Part shown: positions 38,543 through 48,045 of the stretch, in pieces | Layout: every line of letters begins with the position of its first letter | How positions within the stretch are numbered: position 1 is the stretch's first letter | NCBI GenBank assembly: GCA_964545165.1 | Contig: CAZJEQ010000004.1 | Location: 17,716 to 81,715, forward strand | Direction: 5' to 3' | DNA from: an uncultured Candidatus Saccharibacteria bacterium | GTDB lineage: Bacteria > Patescibacteriota > Minisyncoccia > Phycocordibacterales > UBA2100 | DNA: 64,000 nucleotides | Program-made: the position numbers and the translations under genes | The notes under the pieces: model-generated | The model's input: the letters and a program-made list of their open reading frames with translations, nothing else | Told to the model about the DNA's origin: nothing | Database searches by the model: none

Positions 38543-40225
38543 ATGACTAAAGTGATTGTTTCTGTGATCTCTGGAGCCCTGCTCCTCACCGCCTCCGCTG
38601 CATCGGCGCAGGCCTATTACCCGTCGACGAGTGCGAATTGTGCAGGCATCAGCCGCGATCTCTCGGTCGGGAGCCGTGGCGCTGATGTGACGACACTCCA
38701 GCGTCTCCTTGTCGCGCAGAACTATCCGGGTGGCGGTAACTGGATGGTGACCGGCTACTACGGTGCAGCAACCGCAGCAGCGGTGCGCAACTACCAGACC
38801 CAACATGGCATCCCAACCACGGGCGTCGTCGACAGCGCGACGCGCGCATCAATGAGCGGTTGCGGCTCTTACAATCCGGTGATGCCGTCATATCCGTCAT
38901 ACCCGACCTATCCGACGACGCCGGTGTACCCAACCACTCCCTCGTATCCGACATATCCTACGTATCCGACGGGCAACGCGCCGTACCTCACGTCGCTCTC
39001 AATGACCTCGGCGACACAGTCGACGAGTGTCACGGTATACGGCACCAACTTCCAGTATGGCAACACCGTGGTGCGCATCGGTTCGACCAACGTCGCACTC
39101 ACCAATGTCAGCAACACGGCGGCAACCTTCACGGTGCCTGCTATGAATCCAGGCACGTATCAGATTTACGTCGTTACGAATTACGGTACCTCTAATCCGC
39201 TTTCGTTTACGGTCTCGCCGTCGATTCCGTGCAACACGTATCCGTACGGTAATTGCGGTACCTGCATCACGTACCCAGGCTATGGCTACGGAGTTATGGG
39301 AGCGAACTTCGGCACACAGAATTGCTCCGGCGGTCCTATCTCGCTTTCGTACCTCTCGCCATCTGAAGGCGCGATCAGCTCGCAAGTCACGATCTACGGC
39401 AGCGGCTTCTCCTCAACCGGCAACACCGTGCGATTCGGTCAGGGTGTTATCGCGAATCTCAATTCGTTTGACGGCACGAGCCTGACCTTCACGGTCCCGA
39501 ATCAGCTCACGGGCTACGGCTCAAGCCAGGTGTATCTTGGTATGTACTACGTGTCGGTCACCAATGCGACCGGCAACACGTCGAATGCATTGCCGTTTAC
39601 CGTGACCTCGCTCACGCCGGCAGGCACGCCGACGATCACCGGTATCTCGGGCCCGACGACGCTCGCGACGAATTCCACCGGCACGTGGACGCTTGCGACG
39701 AATAACCCGTCTGGCTCATACGCAACGCTCTCGATCAATTGGGGCGATGCGACGGGCGCGTATTCACAGCAGCTCGGCACGTCAATTGGCGCGCAGGGCT
39801 ACACCTTCTCGCATGTGTACGCACAAAGTGGCACCTACACCATTATCTTCACGATCACCAATGCTGCCGGACAGTCCAATGCAGCTTCGGCAACGGTCAA
39901 CGTCTCAGGTAGCGCGTCGGGCACGGCCACGCTCTCGTACGTGACGCCGCAGTCTGGTCGCGTGGGTACGCAGGTGCTCCTCGTCGGCGGCGGATTCTCG
40001 CCGCTCGAGAACACCGTCCATTTCGGCATCGGCGGTACGCAGCATCTCGTGAGCAACAACGGCACGACGATGTACTACACGATCCCGTCGTACGTCTCGA
40101 CCTGCGATCTCTCGAGCTACGGCTGCGGCGCTCCCGCACAGCTCGTAACTCCGGGCTCCTATCCGATCTACGTAACGAATCAAAATGGCGTGACGAGCGT
40201 GGTCAATTTCACGGTCACCCAGTAA
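38543..40225 (+). CDS. secreted surface protein with a peptidoglycan-binding domain
   Basis: Signal peptide; PG_binding_1-like helical bundle (LQRLLVAQNYPGG...GYYGAATAAAVRNYQ); (S/T)YP(T/S)YP Pro/Tyr linker; then four to five IPT/TIG-like repeats and a PKD-like domain. Confidence 0.75.
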   Translation: MTKVIVSVISGALLLTASAASAQAYYPSTSANCAGISRDLSVGSRGADVTTLQRLLVAQNYPGGGNWMVTGYYGAATAAAVRNYQTQHGIPTTGVVDSATRASMSGCGSYNPVMPSYPSYPTYPTTPVYPTTPSYPTYPTYPTGNAPYLTSLSMTSATQSTSVTVYGTNFQYGNTVVRIGSTNVALTNVSNTAATFTVPAMNPGTYQIYVVTNYGTSNPLSFTVSPSIPCNTYPYGNCGTCITYPGYGYGVMGANFGTQNCSGGPISLSYLSPSEGAISSQVTIYGSGFSSTGNTVRFGQGVIANLNSFDGTSLTFTVPNQLTGYGSSQVYLGMYYVSVTNATGNTSNALPFTVTSLTPAGTPTITGISGPTTLATNSTGTWTLATNNPSGSYATLSINWGDATGAYSQQLGTSIGAQGYTFSHVYAQSGTYTIIFTITNAAGQSNAASATVNVSGSASGTATLSYVTPQSGRVGTQVLLVGGGFSPLENTVHFGIGGTQHLVSNNGTTMYYTIPSYVSTCDLSSYGCGAPAQLVTPGSYPIYVTNQNGVTSVVNFTVTQ

Positions 40226-40240
40226 TCGCGCAAGCGAACC

Positions 40241-40272
40241 AAAACGCCCCGGCTCATGCCGGGGCGTTTTGG
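40241..40272 (+). terminator. rho-independent terminator
   Basis: AAAACGCCCCGGC-tcat-GCCGGGGCGTTTTGG. Confidence 0.6.
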
Positions 40273-40289
40273 TGATGCATAATAGGCGG

Positions 40290-40940
40290 ATGAGTCGCAC
40301 CTGGCGGGTTCTCAATGTCGGCATCGTGCTCGCGCTCCTTGGGGCGTCGCTCATCATGTTTGTCCCGCTCGGCATGCGATATACGGAAGCTCGATATATG
40401 TACGACGAGGTCCGTGATATTCCGAGTACGGAAGCAGCGCTTGTGCTCGGTGCGTCGGTGAGTGGCGGGAAGCCATCACCGATTCTGGAAGAGCGCGCAC
40501 ATGCGGCGGTGCAGCTCTACCTCGAAGGCAAGGTCAGCAAGATTTTGGTCACGGGGGACAATAGCGCACTCTCACACGATGAGGTGACACCGGTGCGCAA
40601 ATACCTCATCGATGCAGGCATCCCAGCAGGAGATATTTTCCTCGATCATGCGGGCTTCGATACGTACTCGAGTATGTATCGTGCACGCGATGTGTTCGAT
40701 GCCTCATCGGTCACGATCGTGACACAGGATTTCCACCTACCGCGTGCGCTCTTTATTGCACGGACACTCGGGCTGACGGCGTACGGACTGCATACGCGCG
40801 GTGGTGGCTCAGGCCATGATTACTTACGTGAAGTCCCGGCGTCGATAAAAGCGCTCCTCGATGTAGTGATTGATCGTGCACCGAAATACCTTGGAGAGAA
40901 AATCCCGCTCTCTGGCGATGGTTCTACGACATGGTATTAA
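40290..40940 (+). CDS. SanA/YdcF (DUF218) family protein
   Basis: N-terminal TM helix; DUF218-like core (KILVTGDNS...D..GFDTY). Start ambiguous between 40269 and 40290. Confidence 0.65.
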   Translation: MSRTWRVLNVGIVLALLGASLIMFVPLGMRYTEARYMYDEVRDIPSTEAALVLGASVSGGKPSPILEERAHAAVQLYLEGKVSKILVTGDNSALSHDEVTPVRKYLIDAGIPAGDIFLDHAGFDTYSSMYRARDVFDASSVTIVTQDFHLPRALFIARTLGLTAYGLHTRGGGSGHDYLREVPASIKALLDVVIDRAPKYLGEKIPLSGDGSTTWY

Positions 40941-40946
40941 TAGGGC

Positions 40947-41240
40947 ATGAAAATTTCACTACCGCATCGCGGCACTGAGGCAGAGGGTATTGCCCAAATA
41001 AAAAAGATGCTCGAAGAGCACCGCCAGAAAATCGCAGAGAATGCTACTGAGGTAAAGACTGATTGGCAGGATAACGTCATGACCTTCGGCTTCACAGCCC
41101 AGGGTTCCCATATCGAAGGCACCGTCACGGTGGTCGACAAGGAATTTCAGGTGTATGCGAAGCTTCCGCTTGCGCTCCGGCTCTTCGAGGGCACGATTGA
41201 GCGCATGGTCTCCGCCGAGATTCAGAAATTGAAGCTATAA
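40947..41240 (+). CDS. hypothetical small protein (possible PHA-granule-region family)
   Basis: 97 aa; family assignment from memory only. Confidence 0.45.
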   Translation: MKISLPHRGTEAEGIAQIKKMLEEHRQKIAENATEVKTDWQDNVMTFGFTAQGSHIEGTVTVVDKEFQVYAKLPLALRLFEGTIERMVSAEIQKLKL

Positions 41241-41247
41241 TATCTGC

Positions 41248-41385
41248 ATGCGTCAGTTGATACGTATTCTCGTGCCGCTCGCGTTTCTCCTTGCGATTGT
41301 CTATCTCGGATGGGTCGCGTACGCACGCCCCACTGAGGCCGATAAGGCATGTCCGCAGGGTGAGTGCGATTTTGCCCGCTACTAG
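41248..41385 (+). CDS. small membrane protein (45 aa) with a C-terminal Cys pair
   Basis: MRQLIRILVPLAFLLAIVYLGWVAYARPTEADKACPQGECDFARY; TATAAT 6 nt upstream (leaderless). Confidence 0.4.
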   Translation: MRQLIRILVPLAFLLAIVYLGWVAYARPTEADKACPQGECDFARY

Positions 41386-42146
41386 CGGCTGAGCGAATCG
41401 AGTCCACTCATGTCGCTCTCGTCGAGCGAGAAGTCGAATATGGCGAGGTTCTCTCGCATACGCGCTTCCTCGGCCGACTTCGGGATGGTCACCATGCCGT
41501 GCTCGATATTCCAGCGGAGCATGATCTGTGCCGGCGTGCGCAGGTGTTTGTGAGCGATCGCGAGAATGGTCTCATGAGAAAAATACGCACCGCGGCCGAG
41601 CGGCGAGTACGCCTCGAAGACGATGCCTGTTTGTGCACAGTAATCGAAGAGCGTTCGATCAAAATCAAACGGCGTGCATTTGAGCTGATTAACCATCGGC
41701 GGAATCTTCGCCTCCATGAGCGGCTGTAACTCGTCGATGCCAAAGTTTGAGACTCCGATTGCCCGCGCGGTCTCGTCTTTGTAGATACTTTCCATCGCGC
41801 GCCATATATCAGGAGGCATTTCTGGAGATGGCCTATGGATCAGATAGAGGTCCACGTAGTCGAGTCCAAGCCGCTCCAAACTTTGCGAGAGGGCCGCTTT
41901 CGGATTGCCGAAATCCGTGGGCCAGAGTTTGGTGGTCACGAATATTTCTTCGCGCGGTATCGATGATGCACGGATAGCCCGCCCGACCCCCACTTCGTTG
42001 CCGTACATCATCGCGGTATCGATATGCCGATATCCCATTGCAAAGGCGAGGGGAAGGACGGATTCCGCGATCTCGTCATCCATTTTCCAGGTGCCCAGTC
42101 CGAGCATCGGGATCTTCGTGCCATTGGGCAATTCGACATCCTGCAT
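41382..42146 (-). CDS. aldo/keto reductase
   Basis: AKR signatures (GLGTW, IDTA..YGNE, LYLIHRP, IPKS..R..EN). Start set at MQDVELPNG; the track ORF extends to 42188. Confidence 0.8.
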   Translation of the reverse strand: MQDVELPNGTKIPMLGLGTWKMDDEIAESVLPLAFAMGYRHIDTAMMYGNEVGVGRAIRASSIPREEIFVTTKLWPTDFGNPKAALSQSLERLGLDYVDLYLIHRPSPEMPPDIWRAMESIYKDETARAIGVSNFGIDELQPLMEAKIPPMVNQLKCTPFDFDRTLFDYCAQTGIVFEAYSPLGRGAYFSHETILAIAHKHLRTPAQIMLRWNIEHGMVTIPKSAEEARMRENLAIFDFSLDESDMSGLDSLSR

Positions 42147-42194
42147 AGCCCCAGTATACGCCGTACACATGAAGAGAAGTGGTACCATACGCGC

Positions 42195-43106
42195 ATGTCG
42201 AGGGTGCTGGAGGTCACAGATTTGCGTAAAGCGTACGCCGACCAGGTTGCGGTCGCTGGTATTTCATTCGCGCTCAAGCGCGGAGAAATTGTCGGATTCC
42301 TTGGTCCCAATGGGGCAGGCAAGACCACAACCATTCAGATGCTGCTGGGTATCACGACGGCGACGAGCGGCACCATCAGCTATTTCGGCAAAGATTTCTC
42401 GCAGCACCGCGAGCAGTGTCTGCAGCGTATTAATACGACCTCCGCTTTCAATACGCTCATGGGGCGTATTTCGGTGTGGGAGAATCTCGTCGTCTTCGCC
42501 GAGCTGTACGAGGTCAAAGATGCTCGCGCGAAAATCATATCGCTCCTCAAGGAACTCGAAGCGGAAGAGATCACGCATCGCCTTTACAAGGATCTGTCGT
42601 CGGGGCAGAAGACGCGCGTCAATCTCGTGAAGTCGCTCCTCAACGATCCCGAGATTCTGCTTATGGATGAGCCGACCGCCTCGCTCGACCCCGATATCGC
42701 TGACAAGACGCTGACTCTGATTGAACGACTGCGCGTTGAGCGTAATCTCTCGATCCTCTACACGAGTCACAATATGAGCGAGATCGATCGCATCTGCGAT
42801 CGTGTGATTTTCCTCGATCATGGGAAAGTCGTCGCTGAGGATACGCCGAAGAATCTCACCAAACTCGTCTCGGGCGCAACACTGCGCGTTGTATTTGATC
42901 AGAGGACCGAAGCGTTGGAGAAATATCTTGCAGAGAAAGCGCTTGATCATTCGTTCCCCGAGCATGCGACCATCGAGGTGCGCGCTAGTGAGCGGGAGAT
43001 TCCGGGTATTCTCTTTGAGCTCAGCAACACCGGTATCTGGATCGAGGATATCGAAGTGGTAAAGCCGACGCTCGAAGATGTCTTCCTTCAATTTGCACGA
43101 AAATAA
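42195..43106 (+). CDS. ABC transporter ATP-binding protein
   Basis: Walker A GPNGAGKTT; signature LSSGQKTR; Walker B LLMDEP. Track ORF is longer; ATG 42195 used. Confidence 0.85.
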   Translation: MSRVLEVTDLRKAYADQVAVAGISFALKRGEIVGFLGPNGAGKTTTIQMLLGITTATSGTISYFGKDFSQHREQCLQRINTTSAFNTLMGRISVWENLVVFAELYEVKDARAKIISLLKELEAEEITHRLYKDLSSGQKTRVNLVKSLLNDPEILLMDEPTASLDPDIADKTLTLIERLRVERNLSILYTSHNMSEIDRICDRVIFLDHGKVVAEDTPKNLTKLVSGATLRVVFDQRTEALEKYLAEKALDHSFPEHATIEVRASEREIPGILFELSNTGIWIEDIEVVKPTLEDVFLQFARK

Positions 43107-43107
43107 T

Positions 43108-43896
43108 ATGAACCTTCGACGCATCAAGGCAATATTGTGGCAGGAGCTGTACGTGACGTACCGCTCGGGGGAGGTCTTCGCGGATATCTTCGTCTTTCCG
43201 TTTGCCAACATTTTGGCGTTCGGCTACATCTCGCTGTATCTGAGCCGAGAGAACCCGGCTGCCGGCGAGCTGGTACTGCTCGGTATGCTTCTTTGGCAGG
43301 TGATATGGATTGTGCAGTATTCCGTGACGCTCGGGAGCCTGTGGAATATCTGGTCGCGCAATCTGACCAATATTTTCATCGCGCCCATTCGCGTGAGTGA
43401 ATACATCTTTGCCCACACGCTCTCGGGCACGATCAAATCACTGGTCGTGGTGGGCTTCGCTGCGGTGCTCTCGTATTTCGCCTTCGACTTCAATCTCCTT
43501 AAGATCGGCATCGCACCGCTTGCGCTGATATTTCTCAACTTCGTGCTTTTCGCCTACGCGCTCGGTATCGTGCTCCTGGGGCTCATCTTCCGTTACGGGA
43601 CGCGCATCCAGGCGGCGGCGTGGGCGGTGGTGTCTTTCTTCCTGCCGCTCTCGGCTGCCCTCTACCCAGTCGAGGTTTTGCCACTTGCGTTGCAATATTT
43701 CTCGAAGCTTTTCCCCGCCACATACGTCTTTGAGGCAGCACGTCACGCGCTCGCGACGGGCGGGGGAATAGCGTGGCCACTGTTCTCCATCGCGACCGGA
43801 CTCAACATTATCTACTGTCTCGTCTGCTCTCGCTTTTTCCTCTACCTCTTCGCAAAATCACTCGAAACAGGGCAATTCTCACGCAACGAGTCGTAA
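43108..43896 (+). CDS. ABC-2 type transporter permease
   Basis: Six TM helices; immediately follows the ATPase. Confidence 0.75.
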   Translation: MNLRRIKAILWQELYVTYRSGEVFADIFVFPFANILAFGYISLYLSRENPAAGELVLLGMLLWQVIWIVQYSVTLGSLWNIWSRNLTNIFIAPIRVSEYIFAHTLSGTIKSLVVVGFAAVLSYFAFDFNLLKIGIAPLALIFLNFVLFAYALGIVLLGLIFRYGTRIQAAAWAVVSFFLPLSAALYPVEVLPLALQYFSKLFPATYVFEAARHALATGGGIAWPLFSIATGLNIIYCLVCSRFFLYLFAKSLETGQFSRNES

Positions 43897-43931
43897 TTCA
43901 TCGCAGGTACACAGAAAGAATTGTTATACTG

Positions 43932-45449
43932 ATGCGTCTGATCAGTATGAGATATACCCACGCTTTTTTTGGATTGCTCCTTTTTACCGCACTTGTCGCA
44001 CCGAGTTCGACCTCGGCACTTGAGATCTCGGGATGGGTGCCGTATTGGCGTACCGCCACGGGGACCGCGGATACCATCGCGCACCTGAAGGATGTGACCG
44101 AGGTGAACCCCTTTGTCTATACGATCAAGAGCGACGGCACGCTGCTCGACAATGGTGCGATGAATCAGGATCCGTGGCAGTCGTTTGTCGTGGCGGCGCA
44201 TGCTCAAAACGTGCGCGTGATCCCCACGGTCATGACCTCCAATGGCACGCTTGTGCACGAACTCTTGAGTGACCCGCTCAAGCGTGAGCTGCTCGCTACA
44301 CGCATTTCATTGATGGTGATTGCTGGAAATTACGACGGTGTCGATATCGACTTCGAGGGCAAAAAGGCAGAGACGCGTGACGGCTTCTCGGCATTCCTAA
44401 AGAGTCTCTCTGAAAAGCTGCCAAACAAGTGGCTCTCATGCACCATCGAGACGCGCATTCCCGCAGAGGATCGCTACTACGGCACGACGATTCCGCCAGA
44501 TTACGGACAGTTTTCGAATGATCTCGTGCAGATCAATAAATACTGCGATCAGGTCAAGATCATGACCTACGATCAGCAGCGCATCGACCTCAAGCTCGCG
44601 GCAGATGTGGAATCGACAGGGGAATTGCATGCGCCGGTCGCGGACCCACGCTGGGTGGAGAAGGTCGTCAATCTGATGTCGAAAGACATCGATAAATCCA
44701 AGATCATGATTGGTGTCCCGACCTATGGATACGAATATGCGGTCACGGCGTATGCGGGACCGCAATACGTGTATGACATTCTTTGGACCTTTAATCCGGG
44801 GTACGCAACGCCGATTGCGCAGCAGCAGGGCATCACGCCGACGAGGAATTCCTCGGGTGAGCTGTTCTTTACCTATATCACCAATGTCACCACACCACCG
44901 CTCTCAGGGGGCACGAGTGCCATGCTTGCCGCCGCTGCCGCGAGCACCTTTGCGCAACAGAATAATTCCAACACGACCTTCCGCATGCTCACCTGGCCGG
45001 ATGCGCAATCGCTCCAGCAAAAGATCGATCTTGCGAAGCGTCTCGGCGTGCGCGGTGTCGCGATATTCAAATGGGATGGCGGTCAGGATCCTGCGATGTG
45101 GAACGTGATCGCGAATGCTGGTGCGACGAAACAAGTGGCGGCACCAACGAGCGCCACCGTGCCTGCGACTCCTGCCGCTGGCGCGATTACGCGGGCGCTT
45201 GCCGTCGGGTCTACTGGTGCGGATGTGAAGACACTGCAGCGTATCCTCAATCTTGCGACCGACACACGAGTCGCCGCGAGCGGGGTCGGATCTTCGGGTA
45301 GGGAATCGACGACCTTCGGTCCGGCGACACTCGTCGCACTCAAGAAATTCCAAGTGAAATACGGCATCGCGAAAGCGGGCGTTGTCGGCTATGGCTCCGT
45401 CGGCCCCAAAACCCGCGCCAAATTGAACGAACTCCTTACGAGTCTCTAG
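43932..45449 (+). CDS. GH18 family glycoside hydrolase with a C-terminal peptidoglycan-binding domain
   Basis: Signal peptide; GH18 catalytic motif DGVDIDFE; C-terminal PG_binding_1-like domain (TLQRILNL...LKKFQVKYGI). Confidence 0.75.
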   Translation: MRLISMRYTHAFFGLLLFTALVAPSSTSALEISGWVPYWRTATGTADTIAHLKDVTEVNPFVYTIKSDGTLLDNGAMNQDPWQSFVVAAHAQNVRVIPTVMTSNGTLVHELLSDPLKRELLATRISLMVIAGNYDGVDIDFEGKKAETRDGFSAFLKSLSEKLPNKWLSCTIETRIPAEDRYYGTTIPPDYGQFSNDLVQINKYCDQVKIMTYDQQRIDLKLAADVESTGELHAPVADPRWVEKVVNLMSKDIDKSKIMIGVPTYGYEYAVTAYAGPQYVYDILWTFNPGYATPIAQQQGITPTRNSSGELFFTYITNVTTPPLSGGTSAMLAAAAASTFAQQNNSNTTFRMLTWPDAQSLQQKIDLAKRLGVRGVAIFKWDGGQDPAMWNVIANAGATKQVAAPTSATVPATPAAGAITRALAVGSTGADVKTLQRILNLATDTRVAASGVGSSGRESTTFGPATLVALKKFQVKYGIAKAGVVGYGSVGPKTRAKLNELLTSL

Positions 45450-45463
45450 ATAAAAATTAACAA

Positions 45464-45486
45464 GGGCCGCCTCTCTCAGGCGGCCC
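45464..45486. terminator. bidirectional terminator hairpin
   Basis: GGGCCGCCT-ctctc-AGGCGGCCC lying between convergent genes; a second 9-bp hairpin at 45496-45519. Confidence 0.5.
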
Positions 45487-45505
45487 TCTCCATTTCACTG
45501 TCACA

Positions 45506-46174
45506 CTACCGTGACAGTGGTTGTACATCAGGAATCATTGATCCCTGCGGCTGGTCGAACGGCGTTTCCGCTCGCGTGATACGGGTGCGGCATATCCAGT
45601 CGGCGATAGGAAGCACTACATTGAAGTTCCTGCCACGCATATCGTAGTGGTGGAGCAGGTGACGGGCATTGATCCTCTTGAACCAGTCGGTCTTTTCGAT
45701 CCGACTCGCAAGCGGCTTGAACATCATCTGGTACCAGGGCGTGCCCTCGATCCAGAGCACTACCGGCTTGTGCATCACCCAGTGTGTCGACTCGTAAGCC
45801 CCGTAGTACAGCAGGATGATGATGGCCTCGGTGCCGCAGCATGTGAGCACGATACGCCACGGTACCCAGTCCATCAGCGCGAGCGGAAACGATATGAGCG
45901 CGAAGGGGATGGTACCGAGTACGACGAGCAGTGGTCCGTTCCACCACGCCATGGGAATCGTCTCCTCATCCGCGGGATTGTGCAGATGGTAGCTCGCGTC
46001 CGAGCCAAAGATGCCGTGATGCGTCTCGGCGTGCGCCTTGTACGGGTAATCAAATACCCATCCGAAGATCCGGAGCGGCTGGTGCATAACGAATCGATGC
46101 AGCCAGTACTCAGCGAACGAGGTATACGGTATCCCAAGTGGCAGCGTGAAGAGGATTGTCAAAAAGATATCCAT
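45506..46174 (-). CDS. fatty acid hydroxylase / sterol desaturase superfamily membrane protein
   Basis: Histidine boxes HRFVMH, HAETHH, HHYDM; multiple TM helices. Confidence 0.75.
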   Translation of the reverse strand: MDIFLTILFTLPLGIPYTSFAEYWLHRFVMHQPLRIFGWVFDYPYKAHAETHHGIFGSDASYHLHNPADEETIPMAWWNGPLLVVLGTIPFALISFPLALMDWVPWRIVLTCCGTEAIIILLYYGAYESTHWVMHKPVVLWIEGTPWYQMMFKPLASRIEKTDWFKRINARHLLHHYDMRGRNFNVVLPIADWICRTRITRAETPFDQPQGSMIPDVQPLSR

Positions 46175-46242
46175 TGCCTACCCCCAGCGTTGTCTCGTTG
46201 GAGTATACGTGCAAATGTGCACCTCGAAAGAGTGGTGTAACT

Positions 46243-46317
46243 TTGCCTTGCGAAGTTCCTGGCTCCGTCGGCCCCAAGTCCCGCACCAAGCTCAACGAAG
46301 CCCTCGCAGCTCTCTAG
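46243..46317 (+). pseudogene. remnant duplicate of the 3' end of the GH18 gene (PG-binding domain C-terminus)
   Basis: GGCTCCGTCGGCCCCAAGTCCCGCACCAAGCTCAACGAAGCCCTCGCAGCTCTCTAG encodes GSVGPKSRTKLNEALAAL*, about 75% identical in nucleotides to 45392-45449 (GSVGPKTRAKLNELLTSL*). Confidence 0.4.
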
Positions 46318-46371
46318 TTGCTCAAACATAAAATCGTTGTAGAATATTTTCTCGTTCTTTGATACGAGATG

Positions 46372-46421
46372 GTTGCCATAGCAGAAAGCGGCTCGATAGG
46401 GCAATTCTCTGCTGTGGCAAC
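46372..46421 (+). promoter_or_regulatory. hairpin in an AT-rich 5' leader upstream of 46490
   Basis: 13-bp stem GTTGCCATAGCAG / CTGCTGTGGCAAC with a 24-nt loop; AAGGGGAAAGGA Shine-Dalgarno follows. Confidence 0.3.
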
Positions 46422-46489
46422 GTCAGGTGACGATGCCCTAAGTGCCCTAGAGGCAGCAGCTACGCCCCAGAAGGGGAAAGGATAGCGTC

Positions 46490-47143
46490 ATGACTCGCTT
46501 ACAGAAAGACGGTCTCGGCCCACTCGCTCGCGCTGCAGCAAGTGTTCCCCAGGCGCGCTTCGATCTGCTTACCAAAGTGGTGTCGAGCGTGGACAATAAT
46601 CGCGAGGGTCGTGGGCACGCGTGGTACGCGTTGCTCGACGACTGGCGTCGACGGACGATGCCATCCATTTTGAACGAAGAGCCCGTCTGCGTCGATCTTG
46701 GAGGCTTTGTCGTCGATTTCGACCAACCGTTGACGGACAAGTTCTTCATGTGCTCGATCCACAAGACGTTGCGGGACGCTGCCGCATCGCAGATCAACGA
46801 GTGGTTCGCGGAGCCGCGCACAGGTCGTCATACGGTCAACGTGCGTGCCATCAACTTCGCGGTGGCTACCTCGGACCTCGACTTTATGAAATGGTGTATC
46901 CCGACTGACCATATGCCGGCGACACCCAAGATCGGCTGCGACGTAATTCCCATTCTGCACCAGCAGGGCAGGGTCGGCGTATTCTCGAACCTTATCGCTA
47001 CGGGAATTCGCTCCAGACACGATGGCTCTGCGCTTGCGTGGACATACGATGAATCCTCAGCGACGACGGTGGTCTGGAAGATGAGCCCACCGAGTGACGG
47101 ACTCTGGCCCGCCGATCACTGGCACCTCGTCGTCAAGCAGTAG
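46490..47143 (+). CDS. hypothetical protein
   Basis: 217-aa ORF with genome-typical GC3; strong Shine-Dalgarno; the antisense ORF 46499..47020 is rejected. Confidence 0.5.
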   Translation: MTRLQKDGLGPLARAAASVPQARFDLLTKVVSSVDNNREGRGHAWYALLDDWRRRTMPSILNEEPVCVDLGGFVVDFDQPLTDKFFMCSIHKTLRDAAASQINEWFAEPRTGRHTVNVRAINFAVATSDLDFMKWCIPTDHMPATPKIGCDVIPILHQQGRVGVFSNLIATGIRSRHDGSALAWTYDESSATTVVWKMSPPSDGLWPADHWHLVVKQ

Positions 47144-47166
47144 AGAGCCTTTCTACGGCAGATCTT

Positions 47167-47210
47167 CGATCAGCCTCCGCCATGTCGACGCGGAGGCTGA
47201 TTCTGTTTAT
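47167..47210 (+). terminator. rho-independent terminator
   Basis: GATCAGCCTCCGCG-...-CGCGGAGGCTGATTC followed by TGTTTATT. Confidence 0.55.
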
Positions 47211-47243
47211 TGCGCGACTTTTCGATAGTGTAGAATGTTCTCC

Positions 47244-47972
47244 ATGACCGAACACCATTCACGCGGAATCAATCCCGCTCTGTATATTCCGGGAGCCATC
47301 GTGCTTGCGGGCCTCATTATCGGCGTATGTCTTATCGTCGCGCTCAAGCCTGCGGGCGGCGTCGGCACCGCGACCGGCGGCGCGCAGGTTGCCGTCAATA
47401 TCAAAGACGTAAAGATCAAAGGCGATCCGTATATCGGCAAAGACAATGCGCCCGTCGTACTCGCGTACTGGTCAGACTATCAGTGTCCATTCTGCAAAGC
47501 AGTTGAAATGGGTCACGATCAGATTCCGCAGATCCAACCCTCGCTCCCAGCGCTCATCAAAGACTATGTCGACACCGGCAAGCTGAAAATTGTGTTCAAA
47601 GACTATCCATTCTTGAGCGAAGACAGTATGACAGCTGCGCTCTATGGTCGTGCGGTCTGGGAGCTCTATCCCGCCAAGTACTGGGAGTGGCGCGAGGCGA
47701 TGTTTGTCGCGCAGGATGAGGAGCACGGCGGATTCGGCAACGAGTCATCGATCATCGAGCTCAGCGGCAAGATTGCTGGTATTGATGCGCAGGCACTCAA
47801 GGCGAAAGTCACGCAAAAACTGGATGCTTACACAGCAGATATCGAAGCAGACAAGACGGAGGGCGCAGGATTTGGCATCAATGGCACGCCGGGATTCATC
47901 ACGGGCAAGACCTTGATTCCGGGTGCGGATTCGCTCGCGAATTTTAAGAAAGCGATCGACGAGCAGCTCTAA
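47244..47972 (+). CDS. DsbA-family thiol:disulfide oxidoreductase, membrane-anchored
   Basis: N-terminal TM helix; thioredoxin fold with CPFC active site. The track start 47235 overlaps the TAGAAT -10 hexamer; ATG 47244 gives a leaderless 7-nt spacing. Confidence 0.75.
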   Translation: MTEHHSRGINPALYIPGAIVLAGLIIGVCLIVALKPAGGVGTATGGAQVAVNIKDVKIKGDPYIGKDNAPVVLAYWSDYQCPFCKAVEMGHDQIPQIQPSLPALIKDYVDTGKLKIVFKDYPFLSEDSMTAALYGRAVWELYPAKYWEWREAMFVAQDEEHGGFGNESSIIELSGKIAGIDAQALKAKVTQKLDAYTADIEADKTEGAGFGINGTPGFITGKTLIPGADSLANFKKAIDEQL

Positions 47973-48045
47973 TTGCTAAAAGTAAGAAAATAGGGCATAT
48001 TATTGCCAACGGGGTGCCCCGAAAGGGGCACTTTCCTTTGTAACC

